The translations under genes and the position numbers were made by a program. The notes beneath the pieces are model-generated. The model did no database searches and had not been told where the DNA came from. It saw only the letters and a list, made by a program, of their open reading frames with translations. This document shows positions 28,209 to 42,447 of a stretch of 64,000 nucleotides of DNA, piece by piece (the stretch's first letter is position 1; every line of letters begins with the position of its first letter). Source of the DNA: Octopus vulgaris (Eukaryota); NCBI GenBank assembly GCA_951406725.2, contig OX597818.1, positions 94,550,001-94,614,000 of the forward strand, in the 5' to 3' direction.

Positions 28209-28462
28209 TACAGTAAATAATAGAGGGAGAATGATAGAGGGATAGGAGACTATTGAATCGGTGAGAGGGTCATGCTCTCACTCACACATATTTTTGTGAG
28301 AAATTGTTCAGATATACTTTATGTAGTAAATGTGTTATTTATCTGTGCCACAAATCGTAGTTCTAGTTTCTCTAAGTGTTCAAGCTGCATTGTATGAAAA
28401 CACATTTTTAGATTTTTCTATTGATTCTTGTATAAGTAACTTACTGTCAGCTGTTCATATGT

Positions 28463-28498
<36 letters not shown>

Positions 28499-29340
28499 TA
28501 CATTAATAATTAGTAAATATGTATGTTTAGCTATAATCCTGAATAACTTTAATTTTCAGTCTAGTATTTTACACCACCAAATTTCTGGTAGTGTAAAAGG
28601 TAGACTGATGGTCAGATTTGTAAATGAGTTGTAAATTTACCACCACATAATCAATTCTCCAAACTTCATCTATTTGAGGGACAGTGTCCACAATATTGAT
28701 TAGGGTATAGTAATTATTGCATCAGATTAGTGTGGTTAATGATTGATTTGAAATGTTTTCAGGTTAAGTGGCTTGGTGAGTAGTTTCAGAGGGGTGTAGG
28801 CTTGGAAGTAAGGAATTAGGAAAAAGTTTAGTTGAAAGAATGGTAATGAGATATATTTTTTGTGTATGTGATACAGAGTTGACAGGTTTCAAAGACTGAA
28901 GTAATATTGGGAGAGAAATGAGAGGATATGTCTCTGTTGTAAAGGAGGCTTTGTCTTGGATGGCATTTGAAAATGTATCCATGTGTGCATGTTGTAGTGA
29001 ATGTCTAGAACATACCCATCAGAGCAGCTGTTCGAGATTGAAGACTACTCTGATGTATAATCTTGTTTAGCCTTTGTATGTATAAGAAACTTTGAGTAGA
29101 TTTACTCGCAATGATGACACCAAATGAAGATATCTATTTGTAAGACTACTACTTATAGAGCCTTCATAATTTCTGTTGATCAGATTCTTTTGAGAAAAAA
29201 ATCAGTTGTTTTCAGGGTTATCACTGTGAGCTATCTGTGTCACCGAAGTATATTTTGTTGCCTTGATGGTCATTATGAAAGTGTTGTTTTCAACAAATCT
29301 CTCATACTAATGCTTTTAGTTTTATACAAAACATTGGTTT

Positions 29341-29550
29341 CAAGTTTTGGCATAAGGACAACAATTTCAAGGGTGGAGTAAGTTGATTACGTCCATCCCA
29401 GTGCTCAACTGATACTTATTTTATTGACTCTGAAAGGATGAAAGGCAAAGTTGACTTTGGTGAAATTTGAACTCAGAATATAAAGACAGATAAAATGCTG
29501 CTAAACATTTTGCCTGGCGTGTTAATGATTCTGTCAGCTCACCACCTTAA
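29341..29550 (-). mobile_element. SINE family A
   Basis: Reverse complement of 16621-16840; ends ~200 bp upstream of the CaMKII exon. Confidence 0.85.
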
Positions 29551-29720
29551 ACATTAACAATGTTGTAGTGTTAGTTTGTCACTTTCACTGTTTTTGTTTT
29601 TAGTTTGTTTCATTCATCCCTCTTCTGTTTCCAGCCACTGAGCCATCCTCATCTTGGAATATGTTCCTCATTAATGGAACATTAATCTACTTTATTTCTT
29701 CTGCTGAAGTTATTAATTAA

Positions 29721-29900
<180 letters not shown>

Positions 29901-30237
29901 TAGGCACACGTGTATGTTCTGTACATGGATATTTTGATGTGATTATGTGTGAGATGACTTGTTATATAAATTAAATTTCTTTACTTTTTTGATTGAGCAA
30001 TTATTTTGCAGGTGGATGGGCACATGTTCTTTTTCTTTTTGTAAAATTAATCATTCAGCTGGGAGTGGCACCTGTTGTTAGATTAACTGAGGCAAGCTGA
30101 ATTAAGTCTTGCCCCAGGACACTGGCCAATGACTGTCGTAAATGGTTAAACTTTTAGCTGTGAAATTTGTTTAGTACCTGAAGCCTACACACTTTTTAAG
30201 TATGCCATCTTATTGGTTTCAACTAATCTATTGTGGT

Positions 30238-30588
30238 CATGCTGGAGTATTACCATTGATTGTAGGCATGCTGGAATACTACCGTCAGCTGTAGCCATTT
30301 GAGAGTACTACCATCAATTGTAGTCATGTTGGAGTACTACCACCAGTTGTAACAATGCTGGAGTACTGCCATCTGTTGTAGCCATGCTGGAGTACTATCA
30401 TCTGTTGTAATCATGCTGGAGTACTACCGTTGGTTGTAACCATGCTGGAATACTACCACTGATTTTGGTCATTCATCTCAGTCTTAGTACCATTTAACAC
30501 CAGTAATGACCATTGCTTATCTATTGAATTCATGCTGGAGTACTGCCATCAGTTGTAACCATGCTAAAGTACTACCATTGATTGATAA
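30238..30588. repeat. 29-bp minisatellite (consensus catgctggagtactaccatcagttgtaac), 8 + 2 copies
   Basis: Eight tandem degenerate units at 30238-30469 and two more at 30531-30588. Confidence 0.9.
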
Positions 30589-31527
30589 TAAAACCCATGA
30601 ATAACCATCAGCTGTTTTTATCTAGGATACTATTACGAGGTCTTGTTGAAGCTCTAACATCACAAGTGACCATGCTGCAGAAAGCACATATTTTGTTATT
30701 TTATTCAAAGTTTTATATTCTAGACTCATGTGTTCATTTGCCAGTAGTTTTTCTCTTCCTATTTTATGATGTAGAAGGCCATAGGTCACAACTAAATCCA
30801 TAGTTTCAATGGTGTTTTAACATTATCTGCAGAATAATAAATTCTGAAGTAATGAAACTAATGATAGAATTTACTAATGCTTATAGTGTATAGTTAATGT
30901 GTATAGTTAAAAGAGTTTAGTTGTTGCATATAGATTCATTTGACCTCTTGAGTAAAAATGTATCAAGTCACACTGTTCACCTTATATTTTCTACTTTTAT
31001 ATTTGTTACATTTCAACAGGTATATTATTCAGTCACCTTCAGTTATCATTTTTATATATACACCAGCCATCTGATGTGTGTACATACATATATATACATA
31101 TATATATATACACACACACACACTCACATCCCTGCATGCATATGTTCAAATGCATATATCTCTCTCTCTACACACTTTTCACTGAAGTGGGCACTTGATT
31201 GATTTACTGTGCTTGAGAAGACTTGTAAAACCAAGTGAAATCATAGCTGTGGCCAGTGCTAGTGACACGTAAAAGGTGCCTGTACCAGTGACACATAAAA
31301 GGCACCTGTGCTGTTGACACGTAAAAGGCACCCATGAAATGTGACATGCTAAGATTTTGTGAAATGTGTTGAAGGAAAGAATTAAATGTGAAATTGATTG
31401 ATGGAAGTGTATTGAAACTGGGAAAGGCAGAGAGTACAGAAGCAAAAGGTGTCATAGATTTCATTGTAAGCAAAGAATTGCAATTTGTCTTCATTATAAT
31501 AGATACAAGCACATATACACTCAAGTG

Positions 31528-31660
31528 CAAGAATGGCTGTGTGGTTAAGTAGCTCACTTCCCAACCACCTGATTTGGGGCTCAGTCCCATTGCATGACAC
31601 CATGGGCCAACCAAAGCCTTGTGATTAGATTTGGTAGACAGACTGAAACAAGCCTGTTGT
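31528..31660 (+). mobile_element. Degenerate tRNA-derived (CORE/MIR-like) SINE
   Basis: gaatggctgtgtggttaagtagctcacttcccaaccac...ccaaagccttgtgattagatttggtagac. Confidence 0.6.
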
Positions 31661-31949
31661 GTGCACACACACATGCATGCACATGCACACATACACACAC
31701 ATATGAAAGTATGTAGTCAGTTTATACTGATTTTCTATTAAGAAGCTATTCCTCTCAAAATCATCTTAGTGTTGCCTCTCTTATAGTACCCAGTGATGAT
31801 GATAACCAAGAAGCTAGAATGTGTTCATTGGTCTACAGAGAGCAAACTGTGATGACTGATCATGTTCTAACATTGTTGCCTTAGGCAAAAATTTTACCCA
31901 TGGCAAAGCACACAGTAAAAAATGACCTTTTTACAGGTCAAATATGTCA

Positions 31950-32285
31950 CAAACTCGCTCCCAACCACATGGTTTTGAGATAGTCCAACTGTATAGCACC
32001 TTGAACTCTTTCAATCTTGCTTTGAGCTAATCAAATACTTGTGAGTGGATTTGGTAGACTGAAACCTTGTGTGTGTGTATGTATATATGTATGTATGTAT
32101 GTATACATGCATCTCTTTGTCTTGACATTGCATGGTGAGTGTTAAGGTATGTCACCATTGTACGAGCAGTGTCATTTGCTTCCAACCTTCTGTGTAAATG
32201 TCCTGCCATGGGAAAATATTACCTTGCTTGGAAACATGAGAGTTAGTTACAGGAAGGGCATCGAGCCATAGAATATCTGCCTCAT
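31950..32285 (+). mobile_element. Degenerate SINE (same family as 31528) directly upstream of the RTE fragment
   Basis: ctcccaaccacatggttttgag...cttgtgagtggatttggtagactgaaac...aggaagggcatc. Confidence 0.55.
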
Positions 32286-32290
32286 GCAAA

Positions 32291-32983
32291 GATAGAAATA
32301 ATTATAGCGGTGTCAAATTGTTGGATCAGGCGATGAAAGTGAAGGAGAGGGTCATAGCCTAACTAATTAAGGAGAGAATTAGTCTAGATGGGGTGCAGTT
32401 TGGTTTTGTGCCAGGGAGAAGTACCACTGATGCTATATTTCTGGTAAAGCAGCTGCAGGAGAAGTACCCACCCTAAGATAAACCTCTGTACTTGGTTTTT
32501 ATTGACATGGAGAAAGCCTCTAGCAGGGTCCTCCAATCCCTTATCTGGTGGTCAATGTGGAAACTAGGGATATATGAGTGGTTGGTGAGAGCTTTACAAG
32601 CCATGTACAAAGATGCAGTCAGTAAAGTGAGGGTTGGCAACAACTATAGCGATGAATTCAGGGTACAAGTAGGGGTTCACTATGGATCAGTCCTCAGACC
32701 CCCTCCTGTTCAGCATAGTCCTCCAGGCAATAACAGAGGAATTTAAGATAGGCTGCTCCCGGGAGGTCCTCTATGCTGGTGACCATGTTCTTATAACTGA
32801 ATTACCAGAACTAGAGAAGAAACTTCAGGTGTGAAAGCAAAGTCTAGAATGAAAGTGCCTTAGGGTTAACCTAGCAAAAACCAAAGTCTTAGTAAGTAGG
32901 AAAGCAGACAAGTCACAAATTCCTTCAGGTTGATGGCCCAGCTCGATCCATAGGAAGGGTGAAGGTAGAAATTCCATTAGATA
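32291..32983 (+). pseudogene. RTE-clade LINE reverse-transcriptase fragment
   Basis: NYSGVKLLDQAMKVKERVIA*LIKERISLDGVQFGFVPGRSTTDAIFLVKQLQEKY...VFIDMEKASSRV...VGVHYGSVL...LYAGDHVL (decayed YADD)...VNLAKTKV, with stops and frameshifts. Confidence 0.92.
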
Positions 32984-33515
32984 TGCCATCCTTGAAAAGA
33001 CCCATCAAGTCAAGAGAAATCATAGTTGGTGCTGATACTGGTGTTATGTAACTAGCATCCATGCTGGTGGCATGTAAAAAGCATCTTTCGAGTGTTGGAC
33101 CTCATGGAGACAATGTGGCCAATGCCGGTGTTGCATAACTAGCACCTGTACTGGTGTTGCATCACTAGCACCTGTGCTGATGGCACATAAAAACACCTTT
33201 TGAGCATGGGGCCTCACAGGGGCAAGGACAAATATTTGAGACCTTTGCCATGCTTGAGTAGAAGACCCACCAAGCCAAGTGAAATCATAGTCATGGCAGT
33301 TACTGATGTCACACAACTGGCACCCATGCTGATGGCATATAAAAGCACCCATTACACTCTCAGGGTGTTTGATGTTAGGAAGGGCATCCAGCTGTAGAAA
33401 ACATGCCAAATCAGACTGGAGTCTGGTGCAGCCCCTCCGCTTACTAGCTCTTGTCAAACCATCCAACCCATGTCAGCGTGGACAACAGTTGTTAAATAAT
33501 GATGATGATGATGAT
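32984..33515 (+). mobile_element. RTE 3' UTR with internally duplicated module and (GAT)n tail
   Basis: aagaccc..caag.caag.gaaatcatagt occurs at ~32995 and ~33262; ends ccatccaacccatg...gttaaataatgatgatgatgatg. Confidence 0.75.
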
Positions 33516-35035
33516 TTTATTAATACAATAATGTCGATACACATAAATATGTATGCATCTCCTTATAAATACCTACATACATGCACATTTCTTCATACTG
33601 CTTTTCATTAGCTCTTCCAAATGAAAAGGATGCTATTCTGCTTTGAGATATACAGATACTACTTAAAAAAAATAAGGAACAGTATCATTTTTAGCCAAAT
33701 ATTCAATGAAACTCAGCTAGAGTAGGCACACCTCTTTGTTTCACTAGTTTAGATGTTAAATTAGGTCAAGTGATAGTGCACAACACGTAGTTGAACTACT
33801 CTTCATTGCAAGAAGTCCACATTGTAATCAAAGACTTGATGAGTTCTGCGAATCATGTTATGACAAGGCATTGTATGGAATTTTACCAGTAAAGGAGATA
33901 GCTAAATTAGATGTGGTGTTCATCATGAATATTACATACAAAGCAATTATATCATGTTTAAAGCTGATTAAATTGGATTTCATTATGGCCACCTACATTT
34001 CAGCAATAAAGCTATAATTAGTTGAGAAATTAACTGATTACTAGTGTTATTAACTTCTCTCTCTCTTTAGGGATGTACTAGCTGTGCTTTCATGTTGTTA
34101 GAGCAGGATTTAGATGTTAGTAACTGTCTATGTATATGTTTATATGATAATTATAATATTTTTCATTCTGCTGATGTGTGATGGCACTAAATGACATGGT
34201 TTTGCTTGAAAGTTGATGTTAGAACAAATCTTCTTCTATGTTCATTCCTATGCTGAAACTGATACTCTTCATTCCTATTTAACTTGGCACGTATATATAT
34301 GTTGTCTAACCTAGACATCCTACATCAAACTGCCCTCTCTCCATGTACAGAGACGTTGGAAATATTCTTCAATGGAGATATGGCAATCTTGTCTCTTCAA
34401 TATCACAAAGAAGTAGTTACTTAATAAATCAGTGATATGGTTTTCTACTTTACTTTGTCCAATCTTGGCTAACATGTAATTAAATTTCTCAAAGTCACTA
34501 CAAATGCGAGATGTCTCAATCACTGATCTCACATGACAAGTTCCTATTCATAACATAACATGTATCTACTTCCTTCCCATCAAGCCTTTCATTTTATCCT
34601 TTATCAACTATTGAGTTTCTTACAAAGCCAAGTGAGACCTAGAGTTGAATATTGCTTCCACATCTTGGACTGTCACTGCTACTCATAAAATTTCCTTAGA
34701 CTGCATTCATAAAAATGCACCCAGCTGATTAACAAGGATTCACTTAATATACTTTAACCTCTAACCTAGAGTTGTCCTACTGGCTTTTTCTTTTACTACT
34801 GTTACTACAGGGTAGTAAATTAAAAAGTAGCCATGGTTCTGTGGCATAGTGTAAATACAAAAATAAATTTACACATGTGAAAAAGTACCCAGCCTTTTGT
34901 CTGCAAGTTTCATTGTGTTATTTCAACTGCTTGAACAAAAATGACACGTTAGTTGACTGTATCCTCACTGCATTATCACCACATTAGTTGGTTGTAAGAA
35001 TGCATTGAGTGAACATCTGTAGCCTTTTCTGCAAG

Positions 35036-36071
35036 ATGATATACTCAATAGCAGAAAGAGTGGAGATTTTGGAAACATGTGTGAGAAGGAATTCTGTTAA
35101 ACAAATATGCGAAATTTTTGAACACAAGTTTCTGAGTAAAGGCTTACTAGCAAAGAGAATGATACAAATGTTGGTTAAAAGGTGGCACATTACAAGGTCA
35201 GTGCACAATACCCCAAAACAAAGAGACCCTACATATTGAATTCTAGAAGTTATTCAAGGCATACTTGAAGTCCAAAGAAGTCAACACATAAATTGGTGCA
35301 GTCGTCTTACATAAGCGGTAGGTCATGTAAATGGGCATTGAAAAGTCTTAAGCTAAAGCCATATCATATCACGTATGTACAGCAATTAAAAGTGGGTGAC
35401 AAGAGCAGATGAGTAAATTACTGCACATGGCTTCTGAATAGAATTGCTAATGGTGAGCTACATCCATTGCAGTACATAATGAGTGATGAGGCATAGATTC
35501 ATTTCCCTGGTGATGTAAATTCACAAAACACACAGTACCTTGTGCATAAGCAGCCATTCCACAATAAAAAAAATCAGAAAATGTGTTGTTTGATGTGCTG
35601 TTTCAGGGGGACACACATCATTGGACCAATATCTTTTGACAGTATTGTCAATTCAGAGACATACATGGATATTTTGAACCAGTTTTGTGCTCAACTCACT
35701 GACAATGAAAGACCGGTGTACTTCTTCCAGCAGGATGGAGTGACTTACCACACTTCTCTGGTATCCATACAGTGATTCCATGGGACCCTTTTTTGAGGGA
35801 CACACAAAATTTGTGGCCACCACATTCTTCTGACTTTTCAATGTGTGATTATTAACTCTGGAGACACTTAAAGAGCACGGTGTACAAAAAAAATTCACTC
35901 ATAATACAGGAACTGAAGGACAATATAATGCTTGCAGTTGCCATCATCATCATCATTTAATGTCCATTGTCCATGCTAGCATGGGTTGGACAATTTGACC
36001 AGGGCTGGTAAGCTGAGGGGGCTGCATATTTGTGTATTGATGCTGTTGGGAACCATTTTCAAAATCTATGA
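35036..36071 (+). pseudogene. DD37D-like transposase pseudogene
   Basis: MIYSIAERVEILET...IMSDEA*IHFPGDVNSQN...FFQQDGVTYHTS...LWPPHSSDFSMCDY*LWRHLKSTVY...CIDAVGNHFQNL*. 110 nt (~37 codons) separate the second and third Asp codons. Confidence 0.82.
35942..36022 (-). mobile_element. Short RTE-tail repeat fragment inserted in the DD37D element
   Basis: catcatcatcatcatttaatgtccattgtccatgctagcatgggttggac. Confidence 0.75.
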
Positions 36072-37725
36072 TGGTGAGTCTTTTCCAACATTTGTAAATT
36101 TATTTCTGTATTTTCACTATGCTATGGAACCTGAGCTACTTTTCCATGCATCGCCTTGTACAAATAGCTTCTGCTCTTGTCCACCTGACATGCACACCTC
36201 CCCTCCTGCCACTTACATTATGCTTCCACCATCACAAAACTGCATACTAACTACTTTCCACAATCCTTCCTTACCAGGTGACAAATCCTCTAGAACCCCT
36301 CTTCCATCCTCTTTTTTGTTATAGATGCCAACTTGCATTTATAGCAAGTTAGTGGGTGAAGTAGTTGGGAAAGTCATCGATCCCTTCCTTTTTTCCTCCT
36401 GACTTAAAAAACTTAGCCCTCCCCGCAAACATACACCTCCTCTCCAGAGTTTTACTCCATTTTTGTATTTTTACTCCCTCTCCTTCCTCCCCAGGTATAT
36501 TTTTAATTCTACCTTACCCTTTATTTTCCCATTTTCTCTCTTGTTCATACATATTTCACTTTTTTAATCTTTATGACCTGTTAAAAGAATATTTTTTTTC
36601 TTACATTTTCTGCCTCATTTCAATTAAATAAAATAAAAATAAAATGATTATCCATTTCTTCTACTTTTGTCACACCAACGTAGACTATATTTTGTTGTTT
36701 TCACTGAAACTCAGGAAGAGATGAAGTGGAATGATTGGAATGGTTTAACTGAATCTTTTAGAGTTTTCCTGAAGGAATGTCTTCTATTTTTACTGTTTTA
36801 TTAAATCTTTTTTTGTGTGTGTTAACATATTAGGAATGTTTATATATTTTTTCTTGCAAATTTTTGTATTTCTATATTGTTAGTTTTCATTTTTTACAAC
36901 TATTGTAATCACTCAACCAGCAAATAATGGAAGCTGCTACTAACCAAGCTGAATCAAGAAAGTGTACACCTTTTACCTTTGAGCAAAATATTAGTACAGT
37001 AAGGTTTAAACTTGTAGCTATGTGATTAGTAGTGCTAAACCTTCAAATCACTTCCAGTCTGCCTTCCAGAGATAAAAGTTTAAAAAAAAAAAGGAGAGAG
37101 AGCGAGAGAGAGAGAAGCCATTTTCAAGATCATTGAAGGTATGGAAGGGTGCTGGTAAAGCTATAATCAGTAAAATGATGATTGAAGATGATGTTCACTT
37201 TCAGTTGCTTCTCATTTATTTGGTGATTCTTTCTGCCAGCACTGGAGTAGCAGTGAATATGAAAGAAGGATTCTTCCTGTCAATGCATGTTGAAAGGTCT
37301 TTGAAAATAGCCAGAGAAAACTAAATCAAATTGTGTCTTATTATAGAAACAGATCAAAGACATGAAACTCAATTTCAGTGGAAGACCAAACAAACAATTT
37401 ATTTTTAGAATGGAATGAGTGAAAATACATTGATCAATTGGTCTGCCTGTCTGTCTGCTGTCTGCTTGTCTGTCTCTTCAGCTTTCTTTCTCTGTTTGTT
37501 TCAGAATAAAGGCTTTATCTTTTTGATGTATACACATGTACACGCATACACACTCACATATACATTCCACATATGCATACATATATACATACCACACACA
37601 CACACACACATATATATATGCATATGTGTGTGTGCATGCACATATAGACATATGATCACTGTATTACCTATCTACATATAAATACATAGTGTTTATGTGT
37701 GTGTGTGTTTGTGTCTATATGTGTG

Positions 37726-38915
<1,190 letters not shown>

Positions 38916-39117
38916 AATACATATGTTTACGAATTCTGATCAAGGTCTATAATATATAGATAGATATAGGTCAGATGATCACCTATAAACAGCACAGCAT
39001 TTTCAAGCATGCTGTGTTGGCTGGTTGGCATGCTATTTTAAAAATCTCGTTTCTTTTGGACAAGTCTTGTATATAACTTGAAGCTTATATCATTTTTCTC
39101 TTTGTTTCTCTTTACAG

Positions 39118-39172
39118 TGCGCTTGCATGACAGTATACAAGATGAAGGATTTCATTACCTGGTCTTTGATTT
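39118..39172 (+). CDS. CaMKII: CaMKII kinase-domain internal exon (55 nt; equivalent to vertebrate CAMK2 exon 4), encoding (V)[17 protein letters not shown](L)
   Basis: Acceptor tttttctctttgtttctctttacag ending at 39117; GTAAGT donor at 39173. Joins the previous exon in frame (G|TG = Val) to give ...[23 protein letters not shown]. Confidence 0.96.
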
Positions 39173-41319
39173 GTAAGTTTATTTTTAGTCTTTTGTTATA
39201 TTTCTTTCATTTCGTATATATTGATAATCTGAGCCAGTATATCACATGTGCCTTGTTAGTAAGGTAGCTAAGTTTGAGAAAATATAGAAATTTTTTATTC
39301 CTTGGTATTTTCATCTAAGAGATTAAAATGTTCTAGACTGAAGGGTAGATCATCATCACTATCATTTGATGCTTCAGAGTTGTATTGTTTTGAATCACAT
39401 TTTTAATTTTATTACTAATAGTTCAAAGGGAATGGGTTGACATTTAGCTCCAAGCTCTGAGTGCCCTTAAATAAGATACACTTGTGAGTTTGTTGACTCA
39501 TGTGGTTCCCATTTTATAACATAGGTTGTATATATAAAGAAAAGGGAGCTTGCTTTATCATAGATCTGTAGAAATTTGATGCGTATCATATAGTTAGAGT
39601 CAGTAATGCAGATATCTTTAATGCTTCCATAAATATATATACTCTTTTCAAACAGTTCACCTTTTAAAAAACTGCATGTCAAACTTTTCTTTTCTGCTAT
39701 GAGACTTCAAAAATATAAAGATAAATCACTTTCTTCTAAGTGATTTATCATTATATCTAATTAAATTAGGTTGGTTAAGATAGTAGATAGCTCTCACTTG
39801 CAATATCTTTTTCACATCATCTCAGAAAGATGACTTTGTTTTTACCCTCATGTTTCACCTATGATCAGCATGGCTCAGAAAAGATGAAGTGGGTGAGGTA
39901 GTTATTATAAAATAAATCCAAAGATCCAGCTGTTGGTGATTCATAGGTATTTATAATAGAAAAATTAAAATGAGTTATAAACTTTGGAAAAATTGGCAAT
40001 GAAATACAGCTGATGTTAATAGGATTTCATTTTCTGAACTATTAACCATGTCTTCAGCATATATATCTTCAACAATAAGATGGATTAAAATGTTGGATGA
40101 ATGAGAAGAGTAGTCATTCATTTTCAATACATCATCTGTTTTATTGTTAAAAGCTTGTATGGAACAGGACATTTCCAAAGATAGAAGACAAAGTAATGTC
40201 AGAAAGTTCCATTCATAGTAATAATAGTAATAGATTGTGTGTTAAGAGAGAATAGAGAATATGCATTGGAAAATGGTGAAAGTTTTAGTACATATAGTTT
40301 TTTTCATAAATGTGAAGACTTTGCCAAATGCAAGAATTTGCTAGCTAATATGCTTCACTGCTCACATTTCGAAGCTCCTGATAGTTAGACACCTGTCTGT
40401 CAAGCTCTGTCTTTTCTATTCAGGTTTGGTTTCTCTATGTATATTCCTGCACAAATCTGATGAGAAAGATCTGTGGTGACATTATCACTTGAAAATCTAG
40501 ATGTTTACTTATAATTTTATTGACCAAATTTTTGATGTCATTACTCAATTTAGGATCAGTTTTTGTTTAACAAAATCTTACCAATTGGTAAAAAAGCTAA
40601 TCCAGGTTCAAATTGAGGCAGAGACTTGCTACATAACAAACATGTAATGATCATAAGACAAATATGTCTTTATAAGTAATCAAAACTGTTAACAATTTAG
40701 ATTGTTGCATTTTATGCTCATTTCAGACACCATTTTTGTTCAAATCCATAACATATCTTCTCCAGCTCTCATTTATGACAGTTGCCTTATGTCTTTGTTC
40801 GTGTTTTCATCTTTAAATTTAGATTGATGCTTCTTTTATATTTGCCTTTGCCAGTCAGATAAGATATTCTGACTTTTTCTTTGATTGAAAAAAAAAAAAT
40901 TAAGAAAATATCTTTTGTTTATAGATTAAGTTGCTAAATTATTGGATAAAAATGTAGACACAGAACTGGTTCAAAGCATTTTAGTATTTATATATAGTTT
41001 AAGCACAGGTTCAAATTCCATCTGTAAATATTCAAACCATATCACAAATTCCTTTTGTTATTTTATCAATCTCAGAAAAGGTGAGAGGTAAAGTCAAGCT
41101 TGACCAGATTTAAACCCAAAATGTGAACTTAGGAAACGAACTTAAGGTTACATCAGGCATCATAAGAAAACAACAAAATCAGTATTGGTTATAATTTCTG
41201 TAGAAAATCTGTAGAGATAATTTTAACAAGTGATGTAATAGCACTGCTAACACAGTATTGACTTATAAAAATGTTTAATATACTTAGTAGTATATCATGG
41301 TTGCATAAGGAAAAGTTTT

Positions 41320-41900
41320 CCTACAGGTCATTAGGAAATGAAATACCTCAAAGTATTTCGTAAGTTGTTCTACCATTTCAGCCACTTATTCTCCTTCCAC
41401 ACGATTAGACACATATTGAATCTGTCTCAAGTCAAAAAAATAATTGTTGTTGTAATATTATTGAAGAGTGTAATGGATAGCAGACTAGTAATGTTGGTCA
41501 AAATACTTTCAAACTTTTTATGTTTTAAGAACAAACCAAGGATGAGGTGGGGCATAAGGGATAAATTTTTCCAAAATTTCAAATGCAAATATCAAATAAA
41601 TACCAACATGTAATAGTTAATATAGATTTACAATCTCAAAAAGTGTATCATGATTCTGATAAGCACTTCTGATGGATTGGGAGGTAATTTTTGAATACGT
41701 GTTTCATATATGCTTAATCATATTTGAACTACTTTAAAAATCTGAAATTTCAATATTTGGCATGGCATAATGGGTCATCCACAAATGAAGTGAAATGCAG
41801 AGCAGTATATGGATAAAAATATGACAAATTGTGGGTGAATGTTGAAAACAATCAATAAAGAAACATATGAGTAGCATCCAAATAGACTCAATCTTCATCA
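41320..41900 (-). mobile_element. Possible highly decayed mariner transposase remnant
   Basis: Minus-strand traces resembling PYSPDL..F..LK (ccttatgccccacc...ggtttgttcttaaaac) and terminal EYFE (gaaatactttgag). No TIRs identified. Confidence 0.3.
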
Positions 41901-42039
41901 AAATAAAGAAACAACAACCATGTTTACTGAACAACAGTCACTTTGAATTAAATGGATCACAATAAAGTCTTCCTGCAACACACACAGTCCACATTAAGCT
42001 GTACACTTCTTGTAGAGGAACTCTTGGTTAACATCTGTT

Positions 42040-42180
42040 CCTTTTGGTTGGTTTGACTGGAGCTGGTAAGGCCAGTGGCTACACCCGACTCCATTGTCTG
42101 TTCTGGCATTGTTTCTACAGCTTGATGCCCTTCCTCACACCAAACACTCCACAGATTGTACTGGGTTCTTTTTACACTAC
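42040..42180 (-). mobile_element. Degenerate RTE-tail repeat fragment
   Basis: ggtttgactggagctgg...gtttctacagcttgatgcccttcctcacacc. Confidence 0.65.
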
Positions 42181-42236
42181 TCTCCAAAATATATCACCTT
42201 ATGCCTATGTTAGAAATATTATTATAGTAGAATGTA

Positions 42237-42447
42237 AGGTAGTAGAATGACAGAATCATCAGCAAATCAGAAAAATATCTTGTGGTATTTGTTCCGGCTC
42301 TTTTTCGTTCAAATTCTATCAAAGTCAACTTCACCATTTCTCTCTCAACAGCTAGTTAAAGTAAATGGCAGCCAAGTACTGAGCTTGATATAATTAACTA
42401 ATTTGTCTCTTCTTAAATCTGAAGCCTTGCACCTCTGATAGAAGCAA
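42237..42447 (+). mobile_element. Degenerate SINE family A
   Basis: gacagaatcatcagca...gttcaaattctatcaaagtcaacttcacc...gccttgcacc. Confidence 0.5.

Larger units (their letters stand above)
34808..36158 (+). mobile_element. Tc1/mariner-superfamily element, DD37D (maT)-like, defective
   Basis: Degenerate ~71-bp TIRs (34808-34878 and 36088-36158; shared aaaagtagc, gcatagtg.aaataca.aaataaatttaca.atgt). TA at 34806-07 and 36159-60. Confidence 0.85.

Noticed and set aside
30238-30588. Repeat with conserved and variable halves that resembles a CRISPR array
   Set aside because: The period is only 29 bp, the variable halves are similar to one another, the context is a eukaryotic intron and there are no cas genes.
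39720-39749. 12-bp perfect hairpin gataaatcactt/aagtgatttatc (similar small ones near 28568 and 52619)
   Set aside because: Isolated AT-rich stems with no supporting context; bacterial terminator logic does not apply here.
40450-40510. CTGATGA...GAAA hammerhead-like spacing (other CTGANGA-like hits near 1001, 2181, 7135, 17062 and 24650)
   Set aside because: No convincing stem I or stem II closure, or the GAAA box is missing.
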